A stretch of DNA of 64,000 nucleotides. Origin: Magallana gigas (Eukaryota). Every line of letters starts with the position of its first letter. Position 1 is the stretch's first letter. Below, one piece after another: positions 1-12,496 of this stretch. Location: positions 19,778,001 through 19,842,000 of the forward strand of contig NC_088861.1 of assembly GCF_963853765.1 (NCBI RefSeq), read 5' to 3'. The notes under the pieces are model-generated. The model saw nothing but the letters and a program-made list of their open reading frames with translations, made no database searches and was not told where the DNA came from. Made by a program: the position numbers and the translations under genes.

Positions 1-169
1 ACATAAACAGAGCGGATCAGAAACCCTTGACTTGGGAAGATGAGTATATACATGTTGTACAATTGTACATGTAAATGCGAGCTCTTTTTAATATATTATG
101 CTTCGTTTCTACAAAAAATAGCTAAATAACTAAAAATTAACCCATATCTACATTTGTACATTGATTTGT

Positions 170-170
<1 letters not shown>

Positions 171-209
<39 letters not shown>
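171..209. repeat. (CT)n microsatellite, representative of many GA/CT tracts
   Basis: Others at ~1200-1255, 6417-6450, 7478-7530, 9714-9784, 10559-10626, 12434-12490, 35692-35770, 36724-36788, 46395-46453, 46777-46838, 61818-61880; (ATCT)n at ~21265-21308. Confidence 0.95.
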
Positions 210-213
<4 letters not shown>

Positions 214-214
<1 letters not shown>

Positions 215-1197
215 TAGCTGCCTCTTTGTCGTCTGCTCCGTACATCCCGCCTTTTTTCGCCACGTAGCGGACGATGGCTCCAGTCTGGACTAATTCCATG
301 TCATCAATCTTCAGTAATGGAACTTGTTTAAACGGCAAGAGGTCATCTACATAAGAACAAATACAACAAAAGCTTAAACGAAGACAAACATGTTTACATA
401 ATTCAAAGCTTCGGAAATTCTCTTAATGATCGATTACATGTAGCTTCGTTCTCATTGAAAGTTTATAAAAATTTGAAATTACATTTTTTCGCTGTATGAG
501 CATGATTTAATCCCCTATACGACGAAAGTATATAACAAGGGTTGAACATATTAGCATTGGATGATAATATTGTGTGTTTGAAAACATCAATGAAAATTTA
601 GATTTTTTCCCCAGTCAAATATCCATCTTCTTTCATCTAGTTTACAGACCACTTAAAATCTTTATTTGCAATCATAAATTATTCATTTTATGGATAAGTG
701 ATAAAAAGGTCTCTAAGGAAATGAACATCGGGTACGGGGTGTGTGTTTTCAGTTGCTCTAGTGGTTATGGCGTATATATGTATATACTTTACCTTGTATC
801 AGTTTCTCAAACGGCTGCCGCTCTGTTAAGAATGTTTCCGTGAACTATCGGTGATAAAAAAAACGTGTTATCTTAATTTATCTGTGTCCTTATGGGAAAA
901 GAAATATGGAAAAAATTAAGCAATATAAAAGTAATGTACCTTAGCCAATGACAAACGTTTTAAATCATAAATGTGTTAACATGCAGTATTAAAGTACATG
1001 AAAGTTAAAAAAAAAAACTTGAGTCATTGGATTTTGTGATGCGGAAAGTGTTTCAGAAATTCGACACCGAACACTTGATTCAAGGGGACAACTGTCGATG
1101 GGTAAACAATTTTTTTTTTTTACAAATGTGATATCTTTGTCAGTTAAGCTGACACCCCTTGGCTCTATCAAAATACCTCCTCCCCCAATTAAACAAT

Positions 1198-1254
<57 letters not shown>

Positions 1255-1380
1255 ACTCTCCTGAATTACTATAATCCATACCGGTATTTTAGCAGCTGCC
1301 AGCATCATTCGGATTACCTCGCCCTTGCCTCTTCCATTAAAGTAGGTCAGATTGGCCATATTTGCTAGAACTTTGGCCAT
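214..1380 (-). CDS. GSTA: Glutathione S-transferase, alpha-class-like, copy A (first three coding exons only; 3' exons lie left of the window)
   Basis: Exons 1282-1380 (MAKVLANMANLTYFNGRGKGEVIRMMLAAAKIP), 793-844 (FTETFLTERQPFEKLIQ) and 214-346 (DDLLPFKQVPLLKIDDMELVQTGAIVRYVAKK...). All are GT-AG with phases 0,1,2. The 52- and 133-bp exons match vertebrate GSTA structure. Near-identical to copy B. Confidence 0.9.
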
Positions 1381-3179
1381 CCACCGCTACGACTTCTCCA
1401 CTCTCTGGTTCTGAAAGGACGACACTGGAATGTTTTAACGTGGAAATAACTCTAGCTACAGCTTGTAGATCAGGGCCATGCATGAGTTATGACTGAGGGG
1501 ATTATAGCCCATGTGAAGTGTGAATAAAAAGTAAAAAAACACTTCATCTGCAGTGGGTGTATATATAATGTAGGCGATCAATGTACTCTGTACAAGCGAT
1601 GTCTGTATGCATTATTAATAAACTTCCTACAACCTTTTGAATAAAATGAAACATACTTTAGTTATTGACTAACGTTAAATAAAGAAAATGTTAGACACTA
1701 GTTTTATAATTGATAGATCTATACGGTATCCTTGTACCAGATGTCTACTTTATCGATCGATACATGCATATATATAAAATACCTTATAACCTGCGTAAGG
1801 TAACTGTAAATTACATATTAGATTTTGTCCATGCATGTGTTAACGTGCTGAGTAAAATAATTGCTTAATATTTTAATTTGTATAAACAAATCGTTAATCA
1901 TATGCGCTTATCTGTACAATTAAGTAAAATGATATTAAAAATCTAAATTCATAATCATTCCAATGTATACATGTTCACTGTCTGCATTCAAATCATTGCA
2001 CGTTTTAAAATGAGAAATATTTTTAAAAAAATCATTGGTTTGCCAATAAAGATTTCCGTGTACATTACCGTAAAGTACAATTATACGTAAATTACCTGTA
2101 TGTAATGGCAAATAATCATCCTACATTAGCGCTCGTTTCCTGTTGTGTAGATTTCCCAAAGACCTAACACATTTCATTCATAAATTGGATCCAATATGAT
2201 GAGTGTAAATAAAGCACGGCTGATCACTTCCGGATTTTTTGTGTTTTGTGGAGATCAGCAGAACAAATCCAAATTATCACATTCGCTTAAGGTTTCAGTA
2301 GAATAAATACCTTTGTGATTAGCTAAAAATTTTCAAGAATTTCGAATAAGTGAATGTAAAAAAAAAACCCCAGAACAAATATCAGAAGTGAGTAACCTAT
2401 TTATTCTTTTTTGCAAAGAATTTATAACATACAAAAAGCTACAATCAAGCATTTTTTTTAAATTTGGTATCCCTTACGACCTCCGATATATATTTATAAA
2501 CAGTACTGTTGCCTTTAAAGTTTGCGTTTTAAACGCGCGAACGCAAAAAAGGTCCGATCAAAAGCTTCATTTTGAAAAAATAGGAATGGATTGAATTTTA
2601 ATGTGGATTTATCACAATACATGTGGTCATTAACTTTAAAGTTTTAGCTGTTCATGTCTGTACTGCAGTATACATGTAATTTGGATGTAGATTGGTCAAT
2701 ACAAATTTATCTTGTGTCTTTTGTATTATTTTATGTTATATTAATAGCTAATAGGTATACGCATTTGAAATTAAACCATGATTATTCTACATCAAACAAA
2801 AACAAAATTAAGAGAAATTTACTCGTACATTTACTCAATCTTGTACACATAACACTTTTAAATTCGATGAATTTTAAAGCGAAAATGACAAAAAATAAAT
2901 CAATCTTACAAACAAGAGACGATATAATTCGTAGATTTTCGACCAAAATATTAAACATTGATCATTCATATTTTAAATATAAAAATAATGCATAATCATT
3001 CCAGTACATGTAGAATTCTCATACACAAGAAACCACATATAAAGCTGCTTACAGATTCAACTGACAACGATTTCTTCGATAAACATTGTATACAATGGAC
3101 TTGTAATATAACGGTATGCTACTATTGACTCTCTGTTGACAGTGATTTATCAATGACAGTAATGGTTGATGACTTATCA

Positions 3180-6100
3180 CTACTCCCTGTTTAACACCCG
3201 TTTAACTTCCTTTATGTACTGTTCATCGTTTTTTCTCTTTCTGAACGGGCTTTTTAGGAATTCTGCCATCAGTGGTGTGGCGACTAGTCTTTGGTAATAT
3301 TGCTGAATCGAACAAAAATATTAAATATTAAATATCATTATGAATACGCAAATGTATACAAGTCTATGTAATATTAAAAGGACAAGAAATAGATTCTGAG
3401 TGGCAATTATTTTCATCTTCTTCTACAGTAATATATATGCCAATCCCATAACAGTGGTCACAAAATGAAATTAAAGTCTTTGGAAACAAAAAATTAAAAC
3501 ATTAAAATTTTTCAGACATCTGCATATGTATCATGTTTAGTATATTCGTTATTTCTTGAGCTCCTTTATTTAAAATAAAAAGTTTTTAAAAAACCATTGC
3601 TTCTGGGATTACATTAGTGAAAAAAATTGATAGTTTTCTTCTTTCCGGACACTTTCTTCTTTCATCTGTATACGCGGGCCTTTCCTTCACAGTGGTTTGA
3701 TGTAACAGTTTTGTTTTATACATGTAAGACTTCAATCCCGTATACTTTTACGCATATTATTTCTTTTATCTGTAAGATACACGTACCTTTCTTGTTTTAT
3801 TCTGATTTTTTACTTGCTATATTCAAAACTTCAATACGATGTTCTATTCCTTTAATCTGTTTAGGACACGTAACTCTTTTTCAGTGCAATTTGATGTTTG
3901 GCTTTCATAACAAACCTTTAAGTTAATCATTGTGCCATGTTTTCCTCTAGGCGGATTTACATAGTTATGATTATGCATTGCGCAATGCAACGAAACATTT
4001 GGAACCTGATTTAAAATATACCCCGCTTACGTTCGTATTAACAATTGATGAATTAAATACAAACCCTTGCTCTGTATTGACATAATGAAAACATGTACGT
4101 ACTTTACTTCCTGGAGTACATTGTGCAGATAGAACCATTTTAATAAGAGCTTGGACTTTGGGTAGTTGTGTCAAACAGCAATGTGACGTAGGCCTGTCTA
4201 TTTCATTGCTGACCACTCAGCCATGGCTCAACAAGATTTGTTTGGCCTTTTAGCTAAGACTTCGCAATCGGTGCATATAGATAGCTACGCCCTACTGAAA
4301 GTCCAAGGTCTGTTAAAATGGTTCTATATGTAACACTGGTATTGTAACCTCAGGCTACGTTTGTTGCTTTTATTCACGTCCTTGTGCATTTTCTCTCTTT
4401 GCTTCAGCAGTATAAACATTATGTACATGTACCTTTACATCACTGTGGTCATCAAGGAAATCGTCGCCCCCAAACTCCACACACAGCAGGAGCACCTCCA
4501 GGAAGCCGACGTCCGCCATTGTTAAAGAGGTCCCCACTAGGTAGCCACTTCCGGTTTCCTTCAATCTCTATAATTTTAACATTCTCTTTTTCAATGTTTT
4601 TTTTTCTTACAAATCGATACCAAATGTACAAAACCATTTCCTAAATCAAAAGATATATTATTCAGCATTTGATACTGAAATATAACATTATCCCACTGAG
4701 TTGGTAATTATATCATTTTGTCTTGGGTTATCTAGATCTATGGCTTCACTGGTGTTTGAGTTAGACTTGCGCATTTTAAAAATGAAGGGTTTTTCAAATA
4801 CATACAGTAAGTTTTTTTCTTTAATGGTACAAGTCTAGAATAACATGTATTCCTACAGTACGGGTTATTTCCTCAAATAGTCTTTTCTTTAGTGTTAATT
4901 ATTTTGTATTGAACAATCCACTTTCGTAAATCTTTTGTTAAAAAATCATTTTACAATGATCTTAGTTGTTAGATGTAGATAACAAAATTTATATATAAAA
5001 AAAAAAAGTATATAAAATTTCTTTTTTCGCGTACATGTAACTTCTAAACGATATATGATTTAACTTTTTATTTATAAAGAAATAAGTTGTTTTTGAAAAA
5101 AAAAAGAAATGTCTTTGAATTATCAGTCTGTTTCAAGGATGAATGAAGTAGCACGGATCAACACACCGCTGGTAGTTAGTCGAAGTTTATATGATAGTTT
5201 GTAATTGTATTTTAATGGCGTTATCGACAATAAAGTGTGCTATAGAATCATTCTGTCGTGCGACAGGTGCAAAATAATGAACCCAGTTTCACAAGGTAGA
5301 GTTTCGTAATATATTTGTAATTTTTTGTGAGATCGTGATATTTTATCAATACTTGCAGCGTTCGCATTCGCCTGATGTCATATCATTTATTATATCATTT
5401 CGGTCATATATAAATAGTGAATGTATGTAGGGCCTACATGCACGTTATACGTGACAGAGGCCTACATTCATCTTTGGTGTCAATAGCCGGATTCAAATTT
5501 CTTGATCTTTGATCGCAAACCTATTAAATCTAATTGCGTGGAGATTACGATAAATCGTCACATTAAGATTATAGAAATCATAAACGTATATAATATAATT
5601 TCTTTAGTACAAACCTACCTCCACAAAGGCAAAGTAATGTAATCCTCGACCGAGTTCAAAGAAGTTGACATTTTTTTGACAATTTAAAGTGTAGAAACGA
5701 ATTATTTAAGGTTCACCTTTTCCAGGGCTGGGAAATATTTGTCCTCCCCCGCCGCTTTTGCGTCCTTTACGGCTTGTTCTTCCGTTTTCATAAAGAGCAC
5801 CGGTAGAAAATTGTAGTAGAAATCACGTGACGCCTCGTAGTACATGTCGATCCTAGAATATGTAAACAATAATGCATAATTGTATTGCAAGTAAGAACAT
5901 AGGAAATATAGCAATGACAATATGTGTGTAAAAATAATACAGCTACATTTTCTTGTCCAATATAATATTGAGCTGTTTTCTAAGGCCCAATGCATAGTTA
6001 ATGACCATCTCTCTTTCTCTCTCTTTCTCTTTATCTCTCTCTCTGTTATGTAATATAGATTAATTTAATGCACACATGTTTATGTATTACAATAAACAGT

Positions 6101-6416
6101 TTTAGCATTGTGATTTTTTATGACAAACAACGATGTAGGATGTCAGATGGGTTTTTTTTATATCAACGCCTCGGTATTTTACAGTATATCGCTATGTCTA
6201 GTATATACCATCTTCCCAAGTCAAGGGTTTCTGATCCGCTCCGCTCTACATAAACAGAGCGGATCAGAAACCCTTGACTTGGGAAGATGAGTATATACAT
6301 GTTGTACAATTGTACATGTAGATGCGAGCTCTTTTTAATATATCATGTTTCGTTTCTACAAAAAATAGCTAAATAACTAAAAATTAACCCATATCTACAT
6401 TTGTACATTGATTTGT

Positions 6417-6455
<39 letters not shown>

Positions 6456-7475
6456 TAGTTGCCTCTTTGTCGTCTGCTCCGTACATCCCGCCTTTTTTCG
6501 CCACGTAGCGGACGATGGCTCCAGTCTGGACTAATTCCATGTCATCAATCTTCAGTAATGGAACTTGTTTAAACGGCAAGAGGCCATCTACATCAGAACA
6601 AATACAACAAAAGCTTAAACGAAGACAAAAATGTTTACATAATTTAAAGCTTCGGAAATTCTCTTAATGATCGATTACATGTAGCTTCGTTCTCATTGAA
6701 AGTTTATAAAAATTTGAAATTACATTTTTTCGCTGTATGAGCATGATTTAATCCCCTATACGACGAAAGTATATAACAAGGGTTGAACATATATTAGCAT
6801 TGGATTATAATATTGTGTGTTTGAAAACATCAATGAATATTTAGATTTTTTCCCCAGTCAAATATCCATCTTCTTTCATCTAGTTTACAGACCACTTAAA
6901 ATCTTTATTTGCAATCATAAATTATTCATTTTATGGACAAGTGATAAAAAGGTCTCTAAGGAAATGAACATATTTAACAACACATTGGGTACGGAGTGTG
7001 TGTTTTCAGTTGCTCTAGTGGTTATGGCTTATATGTGTATACTTTACCTTGTATCAGTTTCTCAAAAGGCTGCCGCTCTGTTAAGAATGTTTCCGTAAAC
7101 TATCAGTGATAAAAAAAAAATGTGTTATCTTAATCTATCTGTGTCCTTATGGGAAAAGAAATATGAAAAAATTAAGCAATATAAAAGTAATGTTCTTTAG
7201 CCAATGACAAACGTATAGAATCATAAAAGTGAGATTACTCCTCAACCCGGTAGATAAAAAGGTTACGATTTAAATGTGTTAACATGCAGTATCAAAGTAC
7301 ATATAAGTAAAAAAAACTTGAGTCATTGGATTTTGTGATGCGGAAAGTGATTCAGAAATTCGACACCGAAAACTTGATTCAAGAGGACAACCAACTTTTT
7401 TTAACAAATGTGATATTTTTGTCAAAGTTAAGCTGACACCCCTAGACTCTATACCTCCTCCCCCAATTAAACAAT

Positions 7476-7534
<59 letters not shown>

Positions 7535-7664
7535 ATAACTCTCCTGAATTAAATATAATCCATACCGGTATTTTGGCAGCTGCCAGCATCATTCGGATTA
7601 CCTCGCCCCGTCCTCTTCCATTAAAGTAGGTCAGATGGGCCATCTTTGCCAGAACTTTGGCCAT
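3180..7664 (-). CDS. GSTA: Glutathione S-transferase, alpha-class-like, copy B (complete, 225 aa)
   Basis: join(7566-7664,7048-7099,6455-6587,5717-5852,4433-4567,3180-3302) = 678 nt, open, GT-AG, phases 0,1,2,0,0. Motifs: catalytic-Tyr YFNGRGR, QVPLL, LVQTGAI, IDMY, and N-cap/hydrophobic staple YLVGTSLTMAD. Ends ...EVKRVLNRE*. Confidence 0.93.
4130..4326 (+). mobile_element. MITE (TA-flanked, TIR tagaaccattttaa...ttaaaatggttcta) in GST-B intron 5
   Basis: Terminal inverted repeats 'agaaccattttaataagagcttggacttt' / 'aaagtccaaggtctgttaaaatggttct'. Two further family members at 17237-17445 and 42988-43229. Confidence 0.8.
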
Positions 7665-8333
7665 CCACCACTACGACTTCTCCTCTCTCTGGGTCTGAAA
7701 GGACGACACTGGAATGTTTCAACGTGGAAATAACTCTAGCTACAGCTTGTAGATCAGGGCCATGCATGAGTTATGACCGAGGGGATTATAGCCCATGTGA
7801 AGTCGGCATAAAAAGTAAACAAACACTTCAACTGCAGTGGTATTCTCTTTTGAGAAGTGGACAGGCATAGCCTACATCCACTTCTCTTCGCAAGCCCTCA
7901 TGTTTTGATTCTGGAAAACGTGTAAATGTCGGAACCAAAGTCGATCGATACATGCATATATATAAAATACCTTATAACCTGCGTAAGGTAACTGTAAATT
8001 ACATATTAGATTCTGACCATGCACGTGTTAACGTTTTGTGTAAAATAATTGCATGATATTTTAATTTGTACAAACAAATAGTTAATCATATGCGGTATCT
8101 GTACAATTAAGTAAAATGATATTAAAAATCTAAATTCACAATTAATCATGTTCACTGTTCGCTATCAAATCATTGCACGTTTTAAAATGAGAAATATTTA
8201 AAAAAAATCATTGGGTGCCAATAAAGATTTCCGTGTACAATACTGTAAAGTACAATTATACGTAAGTTACCTGTATGTAATGGCAAATAATTATCCTACA
8301 TTAGCGCTCGTTTCCTGTTGTGTAGATTTCCCA
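6248..8333. repeat. Tandem segmental duplication copy (matches 1-2158)
   Basis: Colinear with 1-2158, covering GST exons 1-3, introns and upstream flank. Confidence 0.93.
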
Positions 8334-9077
8334 CAGAACATCTGGTCGAGTCGACTTTCACACTTCCCTTGCTATTTACAAACCCATGGCCATGACAAGC
8401 ACATATAAAATGTAACCTAATTCGACACAATCTGACATTTAAGCTTAACTGTTGTAGGGGGCAGTCACATAGCGCGTTTGACAGAGATTATGTGGACTTA
8501 AATCCACGCATGCCTTATCGTAAAATACTCTTAATATTGTTATTCAGATTTTGGCACTTGATTTATATTTATATACCGAGTATTTGACTTCTGCTTACAA
8601 GTGTGTCATTTAAAGCGATTCATGAATGACATTTAAACAAACTGCATGTTATACCAATCATGATAAAAGTTTCCCCAAACAACAAACCCTTGTGCCCACC
8701 AGATTAGAGTTTGATTTTGAAATTACTGATTTATATTCTGCAGTCAGAAGTCCCTCGTAAATTTTAACTTTTCACTGTATCTTTGTATAAATAGGGAGAG
8801 TTGCCCCCTCCCCCGGTTATTATTTCATGTACTGGCGCTCTTTTTAAAATAGAATTTCAGTTATCTTTGCCATGCATATCTATATTGATAGTTTATTAAT
8901 GCAAACAATTTTACCTCCCTCTTATATATGAAATATGTAAACATGTAAGTAATTTGTAAACCTTAAGAGTAGGTCACATCTGTTCGAGATTAGTTGACGA
9001 CCGCTGGGTCTAGATTTCCTTTTTTCATGAGGTTCACAATCGAATAGTAAAAATAAAGAAGTCATTTAATTAATTAA

Positions 9078-9417
9078 GGTGGCTCACTACACCATGAAAT
9101 ATTTTCTCAGATCAGCAGAAAATTACACGGTTGTGATGGATATCATAATGGATAAGACGTAGTTAATTTGAATAGGCAAAAATTGTGCAAATTGGATGAA
9201 AAATTACATTTTTGAAAATTTAAAAAAGTAAACACGAACAAAAGCTCCAGGCGGATTCGAACTCATGATCTGCGGTTCAGAAGCCCAATACTTTAACCAC
9301 TGACCTACGACAGTATATTACCCAATCAAACGATATAAACAGTTTAACAAAACATATAAATCGCCATCTTGTGACGTAGTGTCTTGAAAAGTATAAGTCT
9401 AGGTGTAGTGAGGTACC
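9078..9417. mobile_element. TTAA-flanked MITE (Kolobok/piggyBac-type), family K1, with internal tRNA-like module
   Basis: ttaa|ggtggctcactacacc ... ggtgtagtgaggtacc|ttaa (16-bp TIR, 2 mismatches, TTAA on both sides). Confidence 0.85.
9244..9310 (-). other. tRNA-derived segment with pol III A/B-box-like motifs inside MITE K1 (not a functional tRNA)
   Basis: Minus strand GTAGGTCAGTGGTTAAAGTATTGGGCTTCTGAACCGCAGATCATGAGTTCGAATCC: A-box-like TAGGTCAGTGG and B-box GAGTTCGAATCC. No convincing acceptor stem. Confidence 0.65.
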
Positions 9418-9711
9418 TTAATTAATTAAATTCCCGTTCAGGCACTTAGCATCGTTTTTTAAATAATCTTGACCAAAACAGTTTCCAAAAATCGTCAAAA
9501 TCCTAATCTCTGTGTATGGGGGAGGGGGGGGGGGGGGGTCGCCCCCTTCTGATGCTACATGTACGTGCCTGACGTTCATGACGTTTTATTTTATGCCAAC
9601 CTGACGATCTGATATTGTATAATGTTATTCAACTAACACCGACAAACATTTTTGTACAGCGTCTCAATGAAGTCGTTTTGTTTGTTGATATTTGGCATGT
9701 CAATCAACCAC

Positions 9712-9787
<76 letters not shown>

Positions 9788-10554
9788 ACTTTTTAATTAA
9801 AATACACATACCTATAGAGGAAAAACAATTGAAACTGACGAAAGGGAAAATATCCAACATATCTTCGAATATAAATTATCATTTTTTACTTGAATATTTT
9901 ACAGGAACGAAAACAGATTTCTTACAGAGATTTATAATGAGAAATATTGACATCTTTAATGCAATTTAAAAAACCCTTCAAAAAGCTAAAATGCAATCAG
10001 AAGTCACTCGGAATGCCTTGCACAACATTTTTAACGTTATCATCCGGGTAGTTTTCACTGCAAAATTATCGTAGACTAATTTATTATTTTTTCCGTGGAT
10101 TGAAACTTGAAAACCTAGAGAAGGCGTTTCAAAGGAGAACTTTTGGAAATTGTTCATACTTTTGAATGAACATCATTTGAACCCTGAGGTATACTCATGA
10201 TTATCGAGTTATTAAACAAAATGTGAAACGAGGATAGATTGGGAAATAGTATAGTATCAATATTTTGAATAGAAGTAAAATTACAAATAGGAAAAACAGG
10301 TGCAAAGTAAACAACACTATATATAATACATACATGTATGTGAATAAAACAAGTGTAAATGCTCTGTGCAAAATCAAAAATGTGCCCTTCTGCTAGAAAA
10401 TTGTTGCTATTATACAAATTGAGTATGCTATGATTTAAAAAAAAACCTATTGAACTTTATTCCCTATGCATATGTCCGTTACATTAAAAGAGTAACATCA
10501 GATTTGTAAACTTGATTATTTAACAATCGAAGTCTTTCATTTTCAACTTATAGT

Positions 10555-10632
<78 letters not shown>

Positions 10633-10740
10633 TAAAACATCATTATATAACACCATTATTATATCTTGTATCATTTTTAGATCAGTTTTATTTCTTACTT
10701 TATAAAATCAGACAATAATTTTTTCCCTTCGATTTCAGAA

Positions 10741-12430
10741 TCAGTTGATTCTCAATACTGTAGCGTGAGCACAGAAATGGCCGAGTCCGTGACTCAACAG
10801 GCTGAGTTCCTGAGCGGAGAAATGCACAAAGCTTCCATGGGAGTCCACCAGATCTATCATTGTTTTCTTTTATAAAAAATTAAAACAGATTAAAACAACT
10901 TAATTATATACACAACTTATTGATAAAGGAGTAAATATAGAGTAAGAATATATAGGTGTTATTATATAAATAGTGCCTGTTTGGGAGGGTAACAGTTGAA
11001 ATTGACACCCCGAGAAAACCATTGTCAACCGACGCGAAGCGGAGGTTGACAATGGTTTTCGAGGGATGTCAATTTCAACTGTTATCCTCCCAAACAGGCA
11101 CTATTTAATTTGTTATACTGAATGTCTTAATTTTGAAGAAAATTTTATTGCTTTTATATAGGAATAACGTGAATTCTACAGCGAACCGTACGCGCATAAT
11201 TTTCGCGCATGTAACAATTTTTAATGTTACCCGTTGCTAAGTGCGTTGCTAACGCTGAGGGTAATAGAACGGATTATGAACTGCGTCTTAACCAATCAGA
11301 TTTCAGTATTTAACATGAAAGTATAACAAAACGTAATATTTGATGCTGCAGAATGTAGAGTGCAAGATATCAGAATATTTTATCATGATTACAAACATTC
11401 CTCTATATATTTATACATGCTTGACACAGAATTTAAGTTATGTTATTAAGAGAAAAATAAAATAAACCGTGTAAAATACTTAATATGTCTAAAGTTATTG
11501 GAATCATTTTTCTGAAGATGATTTTTTAAAAAGATTTTTACCTCAATTGCGTGCAGACCCATGGACGTGTGCACGCTGTGTTGTTGATGAGCCGTCAGCA
11601 CGTACAGATAACAATGGCCGTGAGTCTTCAACGCCATAATGTGCTGTGAATTGTGGGAAATTAAAAATGTATTTACAGGTACAAGCTTATCTTTTAAAAA
11701 GGTTGGTATTGTTTATTCCAAGAACCATACGATTCATAGGTTTAACATATATACATCAGTGAACAAACATATGAAAACATTTTTAAAAAAGAAAAAAAAA
11801 GAAGAAAAAAAGAAAGACCATCATTATGATTGGTGTGCTAGCGCTGTAGCCATCATCAAACACAAAATAGATTTTTAAACCATTGGTTTAATTTTCTTAC
11901 TTATTTAATTTATTTATTGATAGGAGGGCACAGTGGTGTATTGAAACTGTGTTGGGGGTGGGGTAGGGGTTTCAATTTAAAATTGCAAATATAAACGAGC
12001 TTCACATCCACAATGGCATAGCTCATTCACTGTGCTTAATCATTCTGTATCCACTGAAACAATTTTGATGTGTAAATTTTCAAGATCAGGTACTGTTTTG
12101 TAGCAATCAAATCTTCTCGGGCCTTTCCGGCGAGCTCGAAAAATATTTTTTTCTGAGCTTGAAGGTAGTAAAGAGAGAGCTAGCTATTGTTGTAATTTTA
12201 GAAATTATAACTTGGCATTATAAGACCTAAGCCAATGAACATTACTTTTTGATATTCACAATTAATCCAAAAACGTAATGATCAAATCATGTGTAGATGA
12301 TAAAACAAACTTCACATGGTACAGTTTATCTACAGTAGAATAGTATACCCAGAATCCCCTACCATGAAGTCGAGCATGCGTATTCCAGTAAAAAAGACTA
12401 GCGTAGTTGCTAGCGCTCTCGAGCGCTAGC

Positions 12431-12496
<66 letters not shown>

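Larger units (their letters stand above)
1..2158. repeat. Tandem segmental duplication copy (matches 6248-8333)
   Basis: Position 1 'acataaacagagcggatcag' equals 6248. Colinearity persists with small indels to 'gtagatttccca' at ~2158 / ~8333. Offset is about 6.2 kb. Confidence 0.93.

Noticed and set aside
574-843. Duplicated plus-strand ORF MFENINE... (also 6817-7098)
   Set aside because: Antisense to GST exon 2 and intron. It is conserved only because of the segmental duplication, and an indel changes the middle.
1020-1027. AP-1 site TGAGTCA in intron 1 of both GST copies, considered as an antioxidant response element
   Set aside because: Lacks the GC of the RTGAYnnnGC consensus, and a 7-mer is expected by chance.
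1159-1368. ORFs with ERERER or SLSLSL tracts (also 989, 9615, 9652, 35568, 35691, 36651, 36684, 46378, 61763, 61815)
   Set aside because: Produced by (GA)n/(CT)n microsatellites.
2225-2393. ETS-like cacttccgg motif and plus-strand donor GTGAGT near the duplication junction
   Set aside because: No partner exon found; could be chance.
9244-9310. Possible tRNA-Arg(TCT) gene
   Set aside because: Acceptor and anticodon stems do not pair and it lies inside a MITE, so it is called tRNA-derived only.
10778-10873. Plus-strand mini-ORF MAESVTQQAEFLSGEMHK... after a good acceptor
   Set aside because: Better explained as the antisense of the last exon of the His-rich gene.
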